This document shows, piece after piece, positions 60,401 to 64,000 of a DNA stretch of 64,000 nucleotides. The notes under the pieces were generated by a model. That model was not told where the DNA came from. It searched no databases and worked only from the letters and a program-made list of their open reading frames with translations. Both the position numbers and the translations under genes were made by a program. Origin of the DNA: Bdellovibrionota bacterium (GTDB lineage: Bacteria > Bdellovibrionota_C > UBA2361 > OMII01); assembly GCA_044356215.1 (NCBI GenBank), contig JBIKWQ010000005.1, positions 1,699 to 65,698 of the forward strand, in the 5' to 3' direction. Every line of letters begins with the position of its first letter. Within the stretch, counting starts at the first letter, position 1.

Positions 60401-63400
60401 TGATACAACGGTTCCAACTCTAAGCGATATATCATTCGCTACCCCTAACGGCATATACCGTGCCGGCCAAGAGCTGTTAGTAGATCTGACATTTAGCGAA
60501 GTAGTAGCTCTAAATGGCTCACTCAAACTACAGCTAGCGACCAACAGCTCGCAGGGAGTAGCCACCTGCGCTACCGTTCTTTCGCCAACTTCGCTTAGGT
60601 GTTCCTACACTGTATTAGCCGGCGATAATTCAGGGGACCTTGATTATCAGTCGACTACATCGTTAAGTGTTGGCTCTGTCAGTTCATCCCTTATTGATTT
60701 AGCCGGAAACAGCGCGGACCTAACCTTGCCAACCGCAGGAGGCCCGCTCTCGCTGGCCGAAAAGAGCGCGGTTATAGTCGACACCACACCTCCATCAGCT
60801 ACTCTGACATCAAGCTCTCAGAACACAACTAATCTTAATCCTATTCCAGTGACAATCACGTTTAGTGAGGCAGTAACCGGATTAGAGCTTACTGACTTTA
60901 ACGTTACAAATTGCTCTGTACAGAACCTAAGCGGATCGGGATTTAGCTACACCGCCCAGCTAGTGCCGCAAACTCAAGGCATCGTGCAGGTGAACCTAAA
61001 GAATAATTCGGTTCTTGATCTCGCAGGAAACACAAACTCGGCATCACTAACGTTACAAAGAACTTATGATTCACTAAGACCGTCAGTGAGGATCTACTCC
61101 TCCTCAGCAGACACCTCTAACACTAATATTATCCCAGCCACGATCGTTTTTAGCGAGCCCGTAGATCAGTTCACAGCCAGCGACTTAACGATTACCAACG
61201 GAACGATCTCTTCATTCTCAGGCTCAGGTGATACTTACTCAATCGAAATCACCCCCTCTACTGATGGTGCCGTTGAGCTTTCTATACCGCAAAATGTCGC
61301 GTTTGATTCCGGCGGTAACGGCAATTTAAGTAGCGACACACTATCACGCTTTTTCGACTCAACACCCCCACGGATTGTTTCAGTAACATCAAGCTCAAGT
61401 AACGGCTATTACAGAGAGGGAGCAACTATATCGATACAGGTCGTGTGCTCAGAGCCGGTCTACGTAACCGGATCTCCACGTTTAGCTCTGGACCTAGGTT
61501 CTGGCGCGACTTGGGCCACCTACTCAGGTGGCAGCGAGAGCAATACCTTAACCTTTAGCTACACCGTAGCTGCTGGAAACAACTCACCAGACTTAGACTA
61601 TCCTGATATCGCGTCGCTTAAGCTAGACGGAGGTACAATTAAAGACCTGGCGACTAACTCTGCGGCAGCTATATTACCACAACCAGGCAGCGCTGATTCG
61701 CTAGCTGGCCGAAAGGATATCGTAATAGATACGATCGCGCCTGCTAAACCAACTATCACCGAGCCGATAACAGCTTCAATCATAAAGCGCGCGCACCTTG
61801 AAATTAAAGGCACAGCTGAAGCAAACGCTAGTATTGAGATAAAAGATGCTAAAGGAGCTATCCTCTGCTCGGCAACCAGCTCTGAGAGCGGAGCTTGGAG
61901 CTGTATGGTATCTGACCTCGATGATGGGGCTTATCAGATAACCTCTAAAGCGGAGGACCGCGCGGGGAACCGAAGTGCGAGCTCCGATTCGATCTCATTT
62001 ACTGTAGACCTTCTCTCCCTCGACTCTCCGATATTTCTTGAACCAGAAAACGGCGGTAGTACAGATCCTCGCCCCACCTTCTCGGGAATTGCACCAGCCA
62101 ACAAGAAGGTTCGTGTGCGGCGTGGGGGATCAACTCTATGTATGGCCGATGTTACCGCGGCTGGCTCCTGGTCGTGCCAGAGCGCTGAATCACTCTCACC
62201 TGGGCGGTACGAGATAACAGGGACAACTGAGGATCCAGGAGACCTGACGACATCGTCCGCCACACCTCTCGCTCTCGTTGTAGGCGCCAAGCTAACTGGG
62301 ATAGTCCTTCTAGCTAACCGCGACCTTACCCCTCTTGAGGGTGTCGAGATCAAAGATCAGAACATAGCTTTAGCTAGTAGCGCTAACGGGACCTTCTCGC
62401 TGGTAACTCCAGATGTAAACGATCCTAAGGTGACTCTGAGCAAATTCGGCTGGCGCATCGAACGATCGGCTAGTCTAAGTGATAGGGCTAGAGAAGCACA
62501 GGCAAACGTCCAATGGCTCGCGACACCAGCGCTTGAGAGTGAAGTATACACCATCTGGGGCGGCTCAAATAGCGAACTCAAACAACAATTGCGAATACTT
62601 AACAGGTCGGGCGCCTCTGGACAACCGCAGGTGACACTGTTGGCGAGCGATGGCCGGATCTGTGCTAAAGTTTTCTCATCTGAGATATCTCCAAACGGAG
62701 TCGGGTTCCTCGACCTTCTACAGGCGAACTGCCTCTCTACTGGAACACACGGATTGGCGCAGGTAACATTTTCACGTGCGAGTTATGATGGCTCGCTACT
62801 TACATTGGGGGACGGTTCCGGTGGTGATCGATGGCTCACTTCGTATAACGAACTCCCGCTAGCCAACACGGTCTCTGGTAAGAGCTATGTGCCATTCGAC
62901 AACGCTTACAGACTAGAGCGGCACGGAGAGGATCGACTTGTCCGACGAAATGACTTAACGATCGGCAATCCGAACGCGACTCCCCTTAGCTTTACCGTTA
63001 GACGCTATGCGGGGAACGGAGCTTTGCACCGATCGCTGACTTTCACAGTACCGGCCTTCGGAACCTTCCAGGTCCCATTTGATGAGCGCTCTGAAAAGAT
63101 ATTCATAAGCGGAATAGAGGAGATCGAGCCTAGCGATCCTAATACACGTTATGTCGCGTTAATGATCAAGAGTGGAACTTCAGAGCTCGACTCAAGAGGC
63201 ACCAAGAGTCGTTTCATACAGATCAATCACTCTGAAACGGGATTTGGTAGCACTTTCTTCTCAAGAGTCAGAGAGGATTCGCGCCGCCACGCCCTGCAGT
63301 ACATGGAGATCACTAACATAGCTAGCCGGCAGGCAAACGTCCGTATCAAGAGAATCGATTCGAAAGGTCGCGTTCGACCAACTATTCCTCTACTCCTCAT

Positions 63401-63878
63401 TTCACGGCAAACGCGCAGGATTCGAATCGCGCGATTACTCGAGAACTATGATGAGGGCGTCGCTGAGATCACTAGCGATGTACCGTCGTCGCTCATGATG
63501 AATTCGGTCATAAAGTATTACAGACGTTATCAGACTATGGTATCGATGAAGAGTTCGCCGATTAAGGAGACTTATGGGGATCTGATCTACGGTAACTACG
63601 ATACATCGCGAGGCACACGGTCGATCCTAAAAATCTCTAACTTATCATCCTCCCCAAATACCGCCACCGTGTCGTGTTATTCCAAATCCAATTTGATTGA
63701 TTCATTTCAACTAAATCTCAAGCCATCAGAGTTAAAACAGTTAGATCCGAAAAAGTGTTTCGGCAAAGCTACCTCGGGAGTAATTGAAATAAACTCCGCG
63801 ATCCCAGGTACTATAGTCGCGGATCTGATCAGATTCAGGACCAGAGAAGAGATCAGTGTACGAGAGCGCTTGAGGTGA
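57456..63878 (+). CDS. Giant exported Ig-like-repeat surface protein (adhesin-like)
   Basis: Signal peptide ending AFA; 14 Ig-like repeats (FSEAVTV/FSEPV, SGSGT..LTF.YTV, LNGGTI.D, DLAGN, DTT junctions); Ser/Thr-rich. Confidence 0.9.
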   Translation: MQREKTLRGVALLKRMRFCTSTPAHLFRSLSTLVLAIFCLPALAFAAPTVTSVTSSTANGSYKAGAVIAVNVNFSEAVTVSGTPRLTLETGANDAVVSYSSGSGSSTLVFNYTVVSGHTTTDLDYISQTALALNGGTIQDLANNSANLTLPTLGATGSLGANNDIRIDTTAPTVSLSLLTPSVTNSLPIRIQVTFSEAVTGFTALDPTVTNGEVTGFSGSGTSYTIDVSAFSNGNVTVQIPASSCFDSALNGNTSSSSITALYDNQPPTIMGVTASPTSGAYRATQQVTLLVNFSEAVTVTGIPSFTVETGASDGIADYVSGSGTTQLTFRYTVQTGHTSADLEYTATDALILNGGSIRDAAATDASITLPALGGAGSLSTNANIVIDTTLSDVTIASPISGDTSLDAIPVTVTFSESVTGFTLSDFSVTNGCASNLRGSGTTYYADIVPRAHGGVIVSIPSAVAVDVAGNPNTASPSPVNVNFFTFGPKVTTVTSSTPDGAYRAGQTISIQISFSDPVSVSGTPQLRLATGSIGTATYSSGAGTNILTFDYTIASGQNSSDLDYIPLPPLTLNGGTIRDLNTDSYDAAFTFACPGATGSLGASKSIIIDTVAPTVSRITSTTANGAYRAGQTLNIRTQFTENVFVTGTPNITLETGANDAVVSMVSGSGSANLDFSYTIVDGHNSNRLDYTSTGALNPNGATIIDQAGNVADVTLPATASANSLAGTKNLIVDTIPPTVPNVTSTTTNGAYKAGSVINIQVGFSENIFVTLTPRIALAAGMPNRYANYSSGSGTNTLNFSYTVAAGDTAADLDYASVTALETNGGTIRDQAGNDSIVNLATPGAQYSLSFNKNLQLDTTAPTILSVASSAASGFYSVGATIPITVSFSEPVNVVGVPTLALNTTPVQGNATYLSGTGTSTLSFVYTVAAGNNSVNLDYISTSALTLPTGATIRDPATNSAVLTLPGPGAAGSLGAQGTRVIDTTVPTLSDISFATPNGIYRAGQELLVDLTFSEVVALNGSLKLQLATNSSQGVATCATVLSPTSLRCSYTVLAGDNSGDLDYQSTTSLSVGSVSSSLIDLAGNSADLTLPTAGGPLSLAEKSAVIVDTTPPSATLTSSSQNTTNLNPIPVTITFSEAVTGLELTDFNVTNCSVQNLSGSGFSYTAQLVPQTQGIVQVNLKNNSVLDLAGNTNSASLTLQRTYDSLRPSVRIYSSSADTSNTNIIPATIVFSEPVDQFTASDLTITNGTISSFSGSGDTYSIEITPSTDGAVELSIPQNVAFDSGGNGNLSSDTLSRFFDSTPPRIVSVTSSSSNGYYREGATISIQVVCSEPVYVTGSPRLALDLGSGATWATYSGGSESNTLTFSYTVAAGNNSPDLDYPDIASLKLDGGTIKDLATNSAAAILPQPGSADSLAGRKDIVIDTIAPAKPTITEPITASIIKRAHLEIKGTAEANASIEIKDAKGAILCSATSSESGAWSCMVSDLDDGAYQITSKAEDRAGNRSASSDSISFTVDLLSLDSPIFLEPENGGSTDPRPTFSGIAPANKKVRVRRGGSTLCMADVTAAGSWSCQSAESLSPGRYEITGTTEDPGDLTTSSATPLALVVGAKLTGIVLLANRDLTPLEGVEIKDQNIALASSANGTFSLVTPDVNDPKVTLSKFGWRIERSASLSDRAREAQANVQWLATPALESEVYTIWGGSNSELKQQLRILNRSGASGQPQVTLLASDGRICAKVFSSEISPNGVGFLDLLQANCLSTGTHGLAQVTFSRASYDGSLLTLGDGSGGDRWLTSYNELPLANTVSGKSYVPFDNAYRLERHGEDRLVRRNDLTIGNPNATPLSFTVRRYAGNGALHRSLTFTVPAFGTFQVPFDERSEKIFISGIEEIEPSDPNTRYVALMIKSGTSELDSRGTKSRFIQINHSETGFGSTFFSRVREDSRRHALQYMEITNIASRQANVRIKRIDSKGRVRPTIPLLLISRQTRRIRIARLLENYDEGVAEITSDVPSSLMMNSVIKYYRRYQTMVSMKSSPIKETYGDLIYGNYDTSRGTRSILKISNLSSSPNTATVSCYSKSNLIDSFQLNLKPSELKQLDPKKCFGKATSGVIEINSAIPGTIVADLIRFRTREEISVRERLR

Positions 63879-63897
63879 TACGGGCAATCCCAACTCT

Positions 63898-63999
63898 CTA
63901 CCAGAAGTTATAAGCTACTCCTACCACAAATGAGCGGCCAGGAAGTATCGGAGCCTCAAGCCCGACACTCTGATCATAAGTGAAATCGCGATCTAGGAT
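63898..63999 (-). CDS. C-terminus of a TonB-dependent receptor/OM barrel running in from beyond the window (partial; absent from the ORF track)
   Basis: My translation ILDRDFTYDQSVGLEAPILPGRSFVVGVAYNFW* matches the typical 'N.LD..Y...PGR.F..G..Y.F' end with a terminal aromatic residue. Confidence 0.75.
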   Translation of the reverse strand: MLDRDFTYDQSVGLEAPILPGRSFVVGVAYNFW

Positions 64000-64000
64000 A

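Noticed and set aside
1374-62581. The many short ORFs in the track that overlap longer genes (e.g. 1689-2183, 16345-16752, 31068-31517, 41087-41473, 51600-52094, 52500-53072, 53977-54501, 61934-62353)
   Set aside because: They lie antisense or out of frame inside well-supported genes and show no family motifs; treated as shadow ORFs.
63981-64000. ATCTAGGAT at the window end as a third copy of the 179-bp element terminus
   Set aside because: It lies within the TonB-receptor-like reading frame and the adjacent element sequence is absent.
1-64000. tRNA, rRNA, CRISPR array, integrase or transposase
   Set aside because: No cloverleaf or T-loop context, no regularly spaced direct repeats and no recombinase or transposase motifs were seen.

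Overview
Bacterial chromosomal segment, roughly 50% GC by eye, from a Gram-negative organism (Pal, lipoproteins, OM barrel, TonB-receptor tail). A deltaproteobacteria/Bdellovibrionota-like lineage is my inference only. It is gene-dense with about 46 CDS: rarA, pal, a ribBA-like gene, ctaA-like, two ABC half-transporters, a 2951-aa cyclic beta-1,2-glucan synthase, regB/regA, tlyA, fabH, ssb, yceD, lon, grpE-dnaK-dnaJ, recO, an FKBP and a 2140-aa Ig-repeat surface protein. I found no rRNA, tRNA, CRISPR array, integrase or transposase. The most unusual signals are: (1) a 179-bp palindromic element in two inverted copies (5763-5941, 35032-35210) with compensatory base changes, apparently exchanged arm hexamers, and read-through of one copy by a gene's 3' end; (2) a RibBA homologue in which both catalytic domains look dead; (3) a highly divergent RNase II/R (RNB)-like protein next to an 818-aa orphan, the two sharing an upstream 15-bp motif; (4) a giant adhesin with a four-fold repeated basic C-terminal module. 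All family assignments are from motif recognition by eye; no database searches were run.
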